Part shown: one piece after another, positions 1 to 14,399 of the stretch
Position numbering within the stretch: the stretch's first letter is position 1
Layout: every line of letters starts with the position of its first letter
From: the human T2T-CHM13v2.0 reference genome, Homo sapiens
NCBI RefSeq assembly: GCF_009914755.1
Contig: NC_060931.1
Length of the DNA: 64,000 bases
Reading direction: 5' to 3' (one strand)
The notes under the pieces: generated by a model
What the model saw: the letters and a program-made list of their open reading frames with translations, nothing else
The model's database searches: none
Told to the model about the DNA's origin: nothing
Made by a program: the position numbers and the translations under genes

Positions 1-1000
1 GATAAACATTTTGTATTCAGACGCCAAAGTTAACTGATTTAAAAGTTGATTTACTTTTTATTAAGTTCTCCAGAGCTGCACAACTAGTTATGTTTTGATT
101 TGTTTTGTTTTTTAATTTGGGGTCTCTTTGTTTTCCCCAACATAATGTTCATAATGTTTCTGCATTCATCTGTTCTTAAATTGAAAAACATATAATTTAC
201 TTCTTATAAATTGAAGTCTTAAATGTGAAACCAAGAAATGTAATCAAGCAGTAAAAACATCTGAATGTAGACCATGATCTCAAGTTCTTCCATTTTCTCC
301 CCCACGAGTGGAAAATAGACTTCTACATAGGAAAGCTAAAATATGTTAATATTTTTAAATTAAAGGTTTAATATCAGAATGCAGTCCAAAGAGCAAATCA
401 TATTACATAATTACATTTTAATTAAATATAGAATATTCTACTGAATTGCAATTTATTAAATATTCTTATCCTCTTAAATAAAACTGCTCAACAGTTAATC
501 AGCAGTGAATCATCTTGCAGCTATGCAATTTAAAAAAAATACAGATTACCAATTTCAAGTGCTGCCAGCTAAAATAACTGTTTTAACGGGTATCTTTTGT
601 TTGTTCTTTTCACTTAATTATTTTATTGTGCTTTGCATCTCCAGGCAGTTCTCTCACATTTGGGTAAAATGTTTAGCAGGCTGTAAACTTAAGAAAAGGG
701 TAAAATAAAATTTTCTGGAGAGGAACTTGGAATTTGAGGGAGATTTTATATACCTTTAAAAACTGTAATTTAATTGGGATGCCAGGTTTATAGCAATTTG
801 CAACTTTAATTTTCCAGATAATCTGGAGGTTAGCATTTGATAAATGATTTTTTAAAGTAGATATGAAGATTTTGTTAATTTATAATTTATTCATGTGTTA
901 TTACTGTAATTGAAAATGTTATAGACACTTTTAAATTCAGTTTGTGTAGAAAGAAATGTGTTAAACAAAATTATGTTAATAAATATTCCCACATAATACA
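1..1000 (+). other. Probable 3' UTR end of an unidentified upstream + strand gene
   Basis: AT-rich, no recognisable repeat, no long ORF. AATAAA at 477, 704 and 978; the last has upstream TGTA motifs and downstream T/GT-rich tracts (1050-1100). Gene not recognised. Confidence 0.45.
978..983 (+). terminator. Candidate polyadenylation signal
   Basis: AATAAA with a CA ~16 nt downstream (999-1000), TGTA upstream (~905, ~945) and U/GU-rich elements downstream. Confidence 0.45.
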
Positions 1001-4000
1001 TCTGAATGGTTAAAAATACTGGAAGAGTTGTCAGGGCTACAATAGTGAATGTCCTTTTTTTTAATATCAAAAATATCGATAAGTAGGTTTTGTGTTTTCA
1101 ACGTAGGGAAAATGTTATCAGTGAATAGGTGGTGTACTTTACTTGGTATAATTTAAAGTTGCACAGTAAGTACTGTTTCCTTATTTTAATCTTTCTTTAC
1201 TCATAATGTATTTAAGAATTTGCTGTTTTATTTAACGCTGCTACTCTTAATCTTCTCTAAATTTTTCCCCCTACTTTCTTGCTTCTGTTTCACATTTTTT
1301 AAAAGGGCAAGTACAGGAGCAACTGCTGCTACCCAGAAAAATGTGTGTATTATAAATAATTAAAGAGTTTTTAATTGCTTTCTGTATGATTCCAGCTCAG
1401 ATAACATTTTCCCTGAAGTTATGCTGTGAAATGCCTTTTGTTATGCTGCAATTGCTAAAGGAATCCAAAACCTCCATTGTGACAGCTGAAGGCACAGTTT
1501 AATAGGTGCTTTTTTACTAGTTATGAAAAATATTCGTCCCTTAAGGAAACGATTCTTTTTCTGTTTTTTTCTGTTACCATGAAGTCTTAATTTGATTTCA
1601 TTTTATTTCACATTTTTGATTTTGTAAGCTTTCATACCCTCCTGCTCAACCCCCTCAAGTAAAACCTCTTAGAATGTGAATAATTGGTTCATTTTCTATT
1701 GCTGGTATACTCTTGTGATGAGAATTATTTTGTTGTCTTCCATTCTTAAAGGAAGAGATTTATTACAGCTGTGGGGATTAACTGTATTCTCCTGGAAGTT
1801 GATTTTCTGATAGGTTAATGCAAAAGTCATTGCAAAAACTGCTATTACTTTTGCGCCAATTTAATAGTTCACTTGTTTACTTTTTAACCTATATTGGCTT
1901 AAATTCACTTTTTAGCCCCTCTTTGTCATAAGGTTCTGTGCTGCATTTGCTACAATAGAAGCTCCTATGGTTTTAAAGAAAGTTCAGTGTTTTGTCAGTG
2001 TCAAGTGCTACTTGATGATTATATTTGTCTGGAACAGTATTCACTTAAGTCTGTTTATAGCAATCCCTTTTTTGACAAAATTTACAAAGTTGGCATTTTT
2101 ACTTTAAATTCCATCTCTATCAGTGACTTCCTAAAAAGAGCAACTTAGAAATTGGGGGAAAAATGTTTTTAAAGCCCAAATGCTCCAGTTTTTATTCAAA
2201 GTCAAAGTCGTTATTCTGGAAAATACAAGTAATGTTCTATATAATGTCACTTAAAATATTCGTAAATCTATTTTGCAAACACTGAATAGTATAAGTAAGA
2301 TATAAAATCACAATAGATATTTAAATACTAAGCTGAAACTTCTGACAACTAATTATTATGGGGGACACAATAAAGATTGAAAGCCTAGGTTACCAAGTTG
2401 GTTTTAGCTTTCTAGAATCTTTGTAAATACTCACGTTCAAATAAGATCACACGTGCATATATAGAAAGCAATATGTTCTGAAATTTCACTTTAGTGCCAC
2501 TGTTTGTCCATAATGGATTTATTGCCAATTTTGAATCCTCATCTTACTTTGATCTGGCTTTTTTTTCCCCCCCTTGCCAGAATGTTTAGGAGAAAGTAAA
2601 ATTATTCCGTTTTACTTTGGCTTTTTGCCAGAGATACAAACTAAGAATAGTCTGAATATGTGTTTTTCAGATCTGGTTACAAGACGGATTATAGATTGTG
2701 TTTTAGAGCAATGTTGTGATTGAAATATAAATAATGGTATAACTTTTTTTGTGTTAGCAAAAACAACATTAAAAAGGTTATGTTACATAATATGTAGGTT
2801 TTGGTTTCTTAGTGCAAGACTTATATTTCTCTTAAATGTTGTATAATTATTTCAGTTTTCACTCACTAGCTACTTTACTAAAATGTAGCCCCAAAATGAC
2901 GGGCCAGCCTCAGCGTATCTGCCATATGTATTTCAAAGATTACAGTCAGAATGAGTTAATGAAAATGGCAGGTTCCTTTTCAAAGTTTATTTGACTCACA
3001 GCCATATTGCTAAGTTTGGGTATAGTGAAGTTAACAACAATCACTTAAATTAATATCTTACAGCAAGATATACTGATACTGTTTTAAATGAAAAAGACTG
3101 TAAATTCAATGTAAATATTACCTAACTTTATGTACCAAGTTAGGAGAGTGGAAGAGGGGAATTTTTCAAAAAATAAGCTGTATTTGAACAAAGCATGAAA
3201 CTTGTTGTTTTAAAATTTAAGAATAATTGAATTTACCATCTAATTGGCATCCGTACTGTGCATTGATAGTAATATCCAAATCATCTTATTCTTCCATAGA
3301 GGAAGTGCTCATATAAATCACATTGCTGAGAACTATATAAAACTACATAGAGGTAAATGGTGCTTATTAAATATGAGTATAGTTTGTTACTTGCTGGAAG
3401 TCTTCTAGTTCATTTGGACCATTTTCTTACCCTGAGGTGAACTCAATATCTGTTGGCAATGGGTGGTTAAATGTGAAGTGCCCTTGTTCAGTGTCCCTTG
3501 TTCTTGTACAGGTATTTTCTTAGTTTAAAAAAAAAATTCTAGCATGCCAACATTTGTCTTTGGCCTATTCCTTTTTTTCTGAAGTGTGTAACTTCTGATT
3601 TTTTCTTTGCTATGTTGTAAATAACAGTAGCTAAATTCTCTGTTTTACTATCTACTTTTCTTTTCTTCCCAGATCATTTCATTCTAAAATTAAATTGCTT
3701 GGTTTTCTTTAGAGGAAATTGCTACATGGTATACTTGTAGTAGTGATTCATATTAAAAAAATAGCTGGTAAATCTTTCTAGGTAGTAACTTATCCAAACA
3801 ATACTTTGAGTATCATATTTTGTGAATGACTTGCTTAAACTGGGAAACTGAATATTCTTTTTAAATCATATAATTCCTGTATTAAATGTGAAACACACAG
3901 TCTCCAAAGTCACCTGATTCTCTGTGGAAAATGAAAGGCATTGAAGGAAACCAGATACATTAATACTTAGTTTTGGTTGAAAGTGCAACATTACTGTACT

Positions 4001-5172
4001 TAGAAGGGGCTTGGTTTATTTTTAGATATTTAAGCTATCATTAATTTTAGACCAATGGCTAATAATAAGAGAGATTTTTGGTTGCTCATTTATGGAGAGA
4101 CAAAGAACAGCATGGCATAAACAAACATCCCAGAAATAAATGAAAAGTTTTAAGTGATAAAATTGTGTTTTCTATGAACCAGTGTTGTACATGAACCAAC
4201 ATTGTGTTTCTTAGCTCTGACCTGTACAGTGAGGTACCTGTCAGGACCCCTAGTCTTGGCACTGGAAATGACAAAGTTCTCCTATTACTAAATTCTCATG
4301 CCTTCCTTTTCTGACTTAGTAGATTGAAATTGGTAGGTACTAATGATTTATGTTTGATAAACTTAAGTTCTGCTGATATCCTGTTACTGGTAATTCTGGT
4401 ACCAAAATTTCAAACGGTTTGATTATTAGTAGCATTTTGAGTACCTAGGTGCATATAATACAGTTAGCAGACCCTTACAGAGTCAAAAGAGATTTTGGAA
4501 TCTGGTGATACTGTTGTTTATTACACTAGCCTATTACATTTTCTTTCTTTATAATAACTGTTTATGTGAGTTTCATTGAAAATCGTGGCTCTATTGCTTT
4601 ATTCATGGTTTCCACAACTCTTTTTGTAACACCTTAATTTTCTCTCTCAGGTATTTTCCTGTTAAATAAGATATCAAAAGCATCAATCACAAGACAGAGA
4701 AAACGTATTAGGAAAAACTTGTATTAGTATATTCTAAACTGAAATGGAAAAACTCATTATTCATATTTTAATAAATAAAACTCCCAAATGATCTTGCTAA
4801 ATTATCCCACTATTTAGAAGTAGAAAATAAGAGAAGAGTGCTTTCAAGGAAATTTGTCATATTCTCCCTTCTATCTAGAAGTTGACAATGAATTGCAATA
4901 AAACTAAGAAATAACTGAATGCTGAAAAATACCATGAATTAATGTTATGGCTTCTTTATTTTTGTATATCCATTCCCACAAAATTGAATTTAAGATTATT
5001 AATGAAAATTCTATATTAAGTAATAATGCTTGTATTAGTAATGGGCAAAGAAGTCTTTCTTTGTTACATTAACCGTTAGTAAAAGATGTACTTTGACATT
5101 TCTGATGTAAAACCTATATGTAAATATTGTAATTTAAATATGATTGGACAGCTGTTAAGTTTTGGGGAGGGA

Positions 5173-6507
5173 AGCAGATGCCAGCGTTCTCTGCTGAAAA
5201 GACAAGATGGCGCTTGACGGACCACAGCAGATGGAGCTGGAGGAGGAAAAGGCAGGCAGTGGACTCTGCCAGTATTATCTGTCCAAGATTGAAGAACTCC
5301 AGGGTCAACTGCAATATAAATTGGATGGGGGAAAGCCACAAGGAACAGTTCTGAACTCCAGGTGCATTTGCAGCTGATTTTGAATGATAAGACCCAAAAC
5401 CTCTGGAGGCGGCAGGTGCACGGGAATGAACTAAATGTTAAAGTGTGCCTATTACAGGAGGAGCTACAGCTGCTGCAGGAATAGGACTCCTGTGTCAGGG
5501 AAGTAGTCCAGGCCATGGGTAAGAAGAAAGTGTTGGTCAAGGTGCATCTCAAGGACAAGTTTGTCATAGATGTGGACAAAAATATCAGCATCAGTGATGT
5601 GACACCCAGTTCCTTGGTGGTTCTAAGAAATGACAGCTACACTTTGCACAAGATCCTACCCAACAAGGTGGACTCATTGGTGTCACTGATGATGGTGAAG
5701 AAAGTACCAGATTCAGCTTATGAAATGATTGGTAGACTGGATAGGCAGATCAAGAAGATCAAAGAAGTGATCGACCTGCCTGCTAAGCATCCCGAGCTCT
5801 TCAAAGCACTGGGCATTGCACAGCCCAAGGGAATGCTGCTTGGAAGAGACTGTTGGCCTGGGCTCTGGCTCATCATAGGGACTGTGTACCTTTATTCATG
5901 TCTCTGGCTCTGAATTGGTACAGAAATTCATTGGGGAATTTCTGTGATGGCAGAGAAAATGCTCATCTGTCATCTTCATGGATGAAATTGACTCTTTTGG
6001 CTCCTCAGAGCTGGAGGGGGATGCTGGAGGGAACAGTGAAGTGCAGCAGATGATGCTTCGAGGGTGGCTTTGAGGCCACCAAGAGTATCACGGTTTATCA
6101 CGGCTGCTAATACGATTGATATCCTGGACTCGGCACTGCTTTGCCCAGGGCACATTGACAGAAAAATTGAATTCCCAACCTGCAATGAGTAGGCCTGGCT
6201 GGTCACTTTGAAGATTCATTCTCAGAAATGAACCTGACCCAGGGGATCAACCTGAGAAAAATTGCTGAGCTTATGCCAGGAGCATCAGGCTGAAGTGAAG
6301 GGCATGTGCACAGAAACCGGCATGTATGCCCTGAGTAGCGAGTCCATGTCACTCAGAAGGACTTTGAGGTAGTCCAAAGTCCTATCTCATGCCAAAGGAC
6401 AGTGAGGAAAAACATGTCCATCAAGAAACTATGGAATTGAGGGCACATCCTTTGTGTGTATCCCTACAATAAAACTCAGTGGGACAAGCAAAAAAAAAAA
6501 AAAAAAA
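5173..6507 (+). pseudogene. Processed pseudogene of PSMC5 (26S proteasome AAA-ATPase Rpt6/SUG1)
   Basis: ATG at 5207 gives MALDGPQQMELEEEKAGSGLCQYYLSKIEELQ; later [40 protein letters not shown], all matching PSMC5. Terminal TGA 6438-6440, AATAAA 6468-6473, poly(A) 6490-6509. TSD AAGTTTTGGGGAGGGA at 5157-5172 and 6508-6523. No introns; several stops and deletions, including loss of the Walker A motif. Confidence 0.95.
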
Positions 6508-6653
6508 AAGTTTTGGGGAGGGATGATCTGCTAGTGTATAATCAATAACTTTTAACATTTAGCTTGTATTTAGTAACATTTCATTGTGTTTTGAAAAAAA
6601 GTAAAAAATCTTTTGAAGCACAATTTTCATGATGTAAAAGGTATTGAGTTTCC

Positions 6654-6852
6654 TAGTGTAAGAACATGAATTCTGGAAACAGTCTTAGGGACACTGGGCA
6701 AGATAGAGGCCTCCACCCCTCCCCCCCCCACCAACTTTGTTTGTAAAAGGAGATAATACTGCCTACATCAGGGTTGGTGTGAGGATTAATTAGAAGAGTA
6801 CATGTATGTAAGCACCAGACACATAGTAAGCACTTAATAATGTTAGTGGCTA
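6654..6852 (+). mobile_element. MIR SINE
   Basis: MIR core TGTAAAAGGAGATAATA..GTGAGGATTAA..CACATAGTAAGCACTTAATAATGTTAG. Confidence 0.75.
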
Positions 6853-7382
6853 GTATAAACAGTAAACATATTTGTGCCCATTTATGAATAATTTTAGTAT
6901 TCGCTCCAGTCATGAGGTGTAGTAGTAATATCTAAGACCTTAACTGAAATGTTTAAAGAAACCTAGGTATAACAGAGAACATTATGGGTGCTGATTTCCA
7001 CTCTCACTAAAAGCCAGTGACTTTACTATATCAGCAAGTATAAAGCACTACTTGACTCTGTAGATTGTATGGACCAAGAATGTAGATATGAGACAGCTGA
7101 TCTCTACGAACTGAATTTTTAGTGAGTAAAGCAAGCAAGCATGTAATAGAGAACAATAAAAGCTCTGATAGACATATGTACAAGGTGTTGTAGAGGTACA
7201 AAGGAAAGTTATTCAGACTAGGCAAGAGAGTGATTAAACTTAAGTATTGAAGAACAAATAGATCATAGCTCTAGGGGATGTGGAACATACAAAGTGGAAA
7301 GTTTGGGAAGAGTATTCCCAAGGCAAAAAGCTTAGCACATACAAACATAGGAGGAAAGCGAGACACTCTTAAAGAGTTGCTA

Positions 7383-7952
<570 letters not shown>

Positions 7953-8229
7953 GTTGCTATGTCTGAAGAGGTAAACAGGTGATAAATCATGAAGAGATTT
8001 GTGTCTGAAACTGTAATTGAAGGATTTCAAACAGGAAAAAGATAATCACATTTATACTTAAGATTAGAGAGGTATGATACTGGAGGCAGAGAGACCTGTT
8101 AGAAAATTTATACTAATTCAGGCAAGATGATGAAGGGCAGAACTAAAGCAATGAAAATAGGGAAAGCAAGTACAGAAGAACAAAACTTAAAGATTTAGAG
8201 AGCAGCACTGACCCAGCTGGGACAAGTTC

Positions 8230-8522
8230 TAGTTGTCCATTCTATTGCCAGTGCTGCAGAGTCCAGAGGCAGCACAGTGCATCATTTGGTGAGGGAGTTC
8301 ACAAGGGAGAACCAAACTAGCTTTTATAACAGACCCATTTGTGGTAACTAACCCAGTCCCTTGATAATAACCATTAATCCATGCATAGATTAATCCATTT
8401 ATGGGGACATAGATAGCCTTCATGACCCAATCACCACTTAAAGGCCCTACCTCTTCGTACTGATACATTGGGGATCAAGTTTAGCACAAGTTTCAGTGGG
8501 GGCAAACATTCAAATCATAGCA
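8230..8522 (-). mobile_element. MaLR LTR fragment (MST-like)
   Basis: CTTCATGACCCAATCACCACTTAAAGGCCC..CATTGGGGATCAAGTTT..AAACATTCAAATCATAGCA is the reverse complement of an MST 5' end. Confidence 0.7.
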
Positions 8523-9809
8523 GTGTCTATTAGGCTGCAGGAGGTGTCTCTACCCAAATGTCGGTAAGTATGTGATAAGTGGGATAGTTGAGCTAGTTTA
8601 ACGATGTCTAGGTTGGTTGGGTTGGACTTTTCCTCGTGTCACCTCCCTGCTTAGCTCTAGCTGCTTATTGGAATGCAGCCGTGCTTTCCTGGGTTTACTT
8701 AGGAAATGCTGAGATGCACTCTGAAGCATTCTTGAGGTTTTCCTTTTGGTTCATTTGTCCCATACTCTCTCCGTTATACCAGTCTTCTCAGATCTTCACA
8801 ACACAAGTAAATCTGTTGGAAGCAAGGTCTTGTAGATGTAGACATATGGGAAAGATAGAGCCTGCTCTCCTGATGGATGCTGTTGTTGAGATAGGTTGGG
8901 TTGGCCTAGGTAAGAGGAGGACCAGAAGAGATTTATGATTTCTTGGAAGGCTATGAGTTGCTGCTGGCCCCATCATAATCTTTTTTGTTTAGCAGAAGTC
9001 AGGAAACGAATACTGGTACACTTACATTTCTTGGAAGAGCAGCAGAAACCTTGGGATATCCTTGTGGGTCAAGGAGGCAACTCTCCTCACGGATTCCCTG
9101 ATTTGATAACAACATACTCATGGAAACACCAATCCAAGTTTTCACAAGTTTCTCTTAAAGTTAACTTAAGACTTCCTAGACCAAGAATTCCTACCACGCA
9201 AGGCCTGTGAAAATATTGTAAACTTAATATCCGACAGGGAGATATTCAAAGATGCCAAAGTACCTGTTTTTATAAATATTACCACATGGTTTAAGATTTG
9301 ACTTCTCACATAAAATGAGTAAAAATAACAATGATTTTTCTGCAGTACCTTAATGATGCTGTAATTATGAAGCAGGGTTTTAAAATTCTGCCATGTAGTG
9401 CCTTATTTTTATAGTAATGTTTTCTATGAACCTTCTAATTTAATGTGTATTAAGAGATTTAAAGAGTATGTAATTAAAAAATATCTTTCCAACAAAGTCA
9501 CCTTGAGATTTAATGCTTTCTAATTGGCTTGATCATTTGATGGCAAGATAACTAGTTGGGTAACTGAACATAGACTCTACAGTGTTAGCAAATATGAATT
9601 TATATTTCAGAAAAATATCAAATAACTAATATCAGAGCCTGTGTGCCTGCCTTTCAAGGTAGTACATTAACACTTGGAATATTAAATCTGTAAATACTAA
9701 GGATATTATCCAAATAGATGATATTCATCAAATGGTATATAAAGTTCATCCGTTGTTGGAATTCAAATGTTGCAAAGGCCAAAGGTATTTAATATCCAAA
9801 CTATTGTTT

Positions 9810-9940
9810 TAGCATATATTTATTCTTTGAAATCTGGTGTGTATTTTACACTTACAGCCCATCTCTATTCAGGACTATAGCCACATTTTAAGTTATCAAG
9901 AGTCATATGTGACCAGTGGCCACTGTGCTGGCAGCACAGG
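9810..9940. mobile_element. hAT-Charlie relic (MER3/MER33-like)
   Basis: AAATCTGGTGTGTATTTTACACTTACAGCCCATCTC..TAGCCACATTT..CAGCACAG followed by TCTAGA. Confidence 0.7.
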
Positions 9941-10055
9941 TCTAGATGACTCTGGGAGACACTTCTACTCCTATCTCTCCTTACCTGAATATTTCTGAAG
10001 GCCTTCTAATTCCAACTTTGTGAAGACTCTTGGGTCTCTTTCAAAGTTTATTTAA

Positions 10056-10447
<392 letters not shown>

Positions 10448-11819
10448 CAGTTTCCTCATTTTTAAATGAAAGAGCTGGAAATACCTTTAAAAGGTTGAGG
10501 GTCTAATGAATCATCTTCATGTACATTCATAGATAGCATTGGCTTTCATTGTGATTATGGTTTTTGGTGAGGGCACATGGGCTTTTAATACCTGGTCAGT
10601 GATATAGTTAGGAATTGCAGTTTGTGACACTTTGGCCAAATAATCATCAGGAATTGTGAGTGATGCTGGTGAATAATAGCTGTAGTCAGATTTGTCCCTT
10701 GTGTTGAGTTCTATGGCGGCATTTTCATGGGTTTCAGACCTTCCAGCTAATAGTTGGCTTCCTGCCCACGTCAGTGCTTAAACTGTCAAACTTGTCCACC
10801 AAACCCTCAATTCATAAAGCTGAGTCTTCAAAATCCCGCATAAGAGGCACCAGTAGTCAAGTCTAAACTGTCTTCAGTAAGATGTTCCCTAGTTTGCCTA
10901 GAGATTCTGTGCTCAAATGCCATCTTGAATGGAGTCAGCAGGCAAGGGTTGGCAGGGAGGTTGTCTATAAGTTTGGCATACACCATGGGAAGATAGACAT
11001 TACATTCGTCTTCTTTGGGATCCCTGTAAGCCAGTGGTTCTCAATACTTGGCTTAACATTAGGTCAACTCAGGAGGTAGGAAGGACGTATAGAGGCATCT
11101 CTTTAAATATATTAAGGTCTTGACCTCACCCCAGATATTCTGAGTTAATCTAGTGTGATTCTGTTGTATAGCCAGTGTACAACCTATCAAAGGTTTTCTC
11201 ATACACCTCAAAAATAGGGGTTAAAGGGTGCCAAGAATGTCTCAGACCTCTGTAACTCAGCTGTAGCTATATTCCTTTCAATTTTCTTTCCTGCTTGATC
11301 AAACTCTTGACTCTTTTTGGATGAGAAAACTGCTCTGGCATCATTATGCATTCTCCCCAAATCTGGTTTATAGGACAATGCCTAATTCAGCCAGGCTCCG
11401 ATCCTTAATTTTCACAAAAGAATTTGTAGATTCCCAAAAGCTCTTTTTACCTCCAGAATGGCTCTGACAAATCAAAAGCATTTGGCTTCCAGACACTTCT
11501 CTTCCTTTGGATTTAAAGAACTTGACTTTGACATTCAAAATAATATCTGATTTGTCCTCATTTTCTCTCCCTTCCGAAGCAGTGACCATCAATGAGTCAT
11601 TGAATAAAATGCCATAAGCAACTAGGAACACAAACTAGGAATGAAAAATGTTCAAAAATAGTCTTCTGCTACACTCATATCAATCACTAGAAAGCTACTG
11701 AAGCCTAAATATATAACTAGTCTGATTTTCATTCTTACAGTTACCTGGTAATCTTCAGAAGTCTTATCTCCCTGAAGAAGAATGTGTATAGGAGTTACTT
11801 GAACTAGAATGCAGTCACT

Positions 11820-11990
11820 ATCATTCATTCATTTAGCATTCATTCATTTAGCACATGTGGTTGGTTGTGTTGGTTCATTCATTTAGCACGTATTGAACGT
11901 TTGATAGATGAAAGACACTGTGTGAGACACTACATATACATTGATGGGGAAAATGAATAGTGCCTGCCCTAATGGGGCTTAATTATTTAG
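11820..11990 (-). mobile_element. L2 3' end
   Basis: (TCAT)n tail, then GCACGTATTGAACG..ACACTGTG..CCTGCCCTAATGGGGCTT. Confidence 0.65.
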
Positions 11991-12334
11991 AGTATCACAA
12001 ATCTATAAATAACAGGCTGTTTGAAACCTAGTTCTTGAATAAGTATTTGTGTCAGTTCTTATAAGGTATGAGGTTATTAAGGTCATTGGAAAACCCTTTA
12101 TTTGACTCTACATCCGGTAAGACTTTTATACCTTGTACCAGACCTTCCTGTGTGTCAGTGCTACTGAAACAAAGGAGAAAGTAGGTGAAAGTACTTCAAA
12201 CACTAGGATTGAGGTAGAGCCAGCCAGACACAGATTTCCTAACTTGTTTACATTTTTAGAGGGCTATTTCTTCAGTAAGAACAGTATTATGTTCCTAATC
12301 AGCTTTCTCTTCATTGCTTTGTAAAGGCAACTTT

Positions 12335-12433
12335 TTTTTTTAAATTAATTAATTAATATTTTTTTGAGACAGAGTCTCGCTCTGTTGCCTGGGTTGGAGT
12401 GCAGTGGCGAGATCTTAGCTCACTGCAACCTCC
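12335..12433 (-). mobile_element. Severely 5'-truncated Alu (~100 bp)
   Basis: Alu 3' end only; perfect TSD GTAAAGGCAACTTT at 12321-12334 and 12434-12447. Confidence 0.9.
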
Positions 12434-12447
12434 GTAAAGGCAACTTT

Positions 12448-14360
12448 ATTAAGTTACAATTTACGTGCAACAAAAACATTATGCATGTACAGTCTGATTA
12501 ATTTGGACAAGACATATGCACCTGTGTGACTATCACCACAACCAAAATGAGAATATTTTCATCACCCCTCAAAAGTTATTCAAGTCTCTTAATACTGGGT
12601 TCCCACCCATCAACCCACAGCCCTAGGCAGTCATTGATCTGCTCTTCATTGATCTGCTCTGTGTCACTGTGGATTAGATAAAATCATTCAGTATGTACTT
12701 TATTTGTGTAAATTTGTTTTGCTCAGCATAGTGTCTGAGAAACATCACAGATGCAATGATGTTGCCTGAATCATCGCAAGACATCGCTTGAATCAGTAGT
12801 AGTGTTCCATTAAATGAATATGCTACGGTTTGTTATTCTCCTATTGGTGGGTACCTGGGCTCTTTCTGGTTTGGGGCTACCCCTATGAATAAAGTGACTA
12901 TGAACGTTTGAATATAAATCTTTGTGTGAACATGTGATTTCATTTCTCTTCAATAAATTCCTAGGGATGAAACTGCCGAGTCATGTGGTAAGTATTTGTT
13001 TAACTTTGTAAGATACTGCCAAACTGTTTTCCAAAGTAGCCGTGCCATGTTACATTTCCACCAGCAATGTATGAGGGTTGCAATTTTACCACATTATTGC
13101 CAACACATGTTGGTGTCCATCTTTTTAATTTTGGCCATTATAGTGGGTATGTAGTGGTATCTCGTGGTTTTAGTTGCAATCTACTTAACCACTAATGACA
13201 TTAATCATCTTTTTATATACTCATTTGCCATTCCTGTAGCTTCTTTGGTGAAAGGTCTGTTCAGTTCTTTATACCATTATTTTTAACAGGTTTATTGAGG
13301 TTTAATTTACATACCATAAAAATCTACCTACTAAAAGTATACAATTAAATGGTTTTTCATATATTTTTGGAGTTGTACGGTCCTTAGCATAATCAGTTTT
13401 GGAATATTTATATCACCCTAAAGATACCTTATACTCATTAGCAATCACCCTCAATTTTCCCCTCCTCTAGACCTAGGCAACCACTAATCAGCTTTCTGTC
13501 TCCATTGACTAGATATTGTATATAAATGGTATGATACAAAATAGAGTCATTTGCATTTGGCTTCACCTAACATAATTATTTCTGAAGATCACCCATGTTT
13601 AGCATGTATAATTCTTCCTTTATTTTTTGCTGAATAGCAAAAATAATTTTTAAAAACTCATTCTATTGTATAGCTATACCACGTTTGTTTCTCCACTTGC
13701 CAGTTGATGGATTGTATCGTCTCCACTTTGGGGGCTTTTATGAATAATGCCTGTATGAACGTTTGCCTTCAGTTTTTTGTTTGGACATATGTTTTCATTT
13801 GTTTTGGGTAAGTATTTAGAAGTACAATTGCTGGGTCGTATGTGTGCAGCTTTACACACCATGCTCACTGTTATCTCATTCCCTAGGTCTGTTAAATTCC
13901 TGGCTGTTTTGCCCATCTGTGGCTTGCCCCAGCCATTATCTCAATCTAGGTATAATGTTGGCCTTCCCTGTTTGCTGTCCAGTTAGGTATTGTTTTCGAC
14001 AACACTCCTGCATGTGTATTTTTCCCAGATTCTGCTCCATATCAGTTTAGCCTCCTCCAGCAGGGAGGCTGCAGACCTTGACAGCCTGCCCACCCTGGTA
14101 GAACTATAGTGCCACAGAACTTGAAGGACTGGGGGAGAGTGAGACGGGGGCAGCCTCAGACTATAATGCCACAGACTCTCACTGTTCTAACCAAGGTTCA
14201 GTAGGTTTTCTTGAGTAAATGTTTCTCAGCTTGTTGCATGCATTAGTGAGTTCTCAGAATTCTGAAATGAGTATTTTCACAGTTTTGTCAAGTTTTATCA
14301 TTGCTTTTTTGGGAGAAAATTTGCCAAACTCATTACTTAGACATTCCTGAAATCTCATTG
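12448..14360 (-). mobile_element. Nested old L1M fragments
   Basis: Two L1M-type 3' ends (~12445 and ~13290, TTTATTGAGGTTTAATTTACATAC) and GATACTGCCAAACTGTTTTCCAAAGT..CATTTCCACCAGCAATGTATGAGG. The 13850-14360 part is less certain. Confidence 0.7.
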
Positions 14361-14365
14361 GGATG

Positions 14366-14367
<2 letters not shown>

Positions 14368-14399
<32 letters not shown>

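Noticed and set aside
1-1000. Naming the upstream gene or chromosome locus
   Set aside because: No coding sequence is present and I do not recognise the UTR; a BLAT search is needed.
2655-4655. Acceptor-like sites at ~2670, ~3672 and ~4650 as alternative last exons
   Set aside because: Pyrimidine-AG motifs are common in T-rich DNA, and no convincing reading frame follows.
5076-5591. 171-aa minus-strand ORF
   Set aside because: Antisense shadow of the PSMC5 retrocopy; no recognisable protein.
12632-12661. Short tandem duplications (also ~63887-63917)
   Set aside because: Ordinary slippage events of ~13-15 bp.
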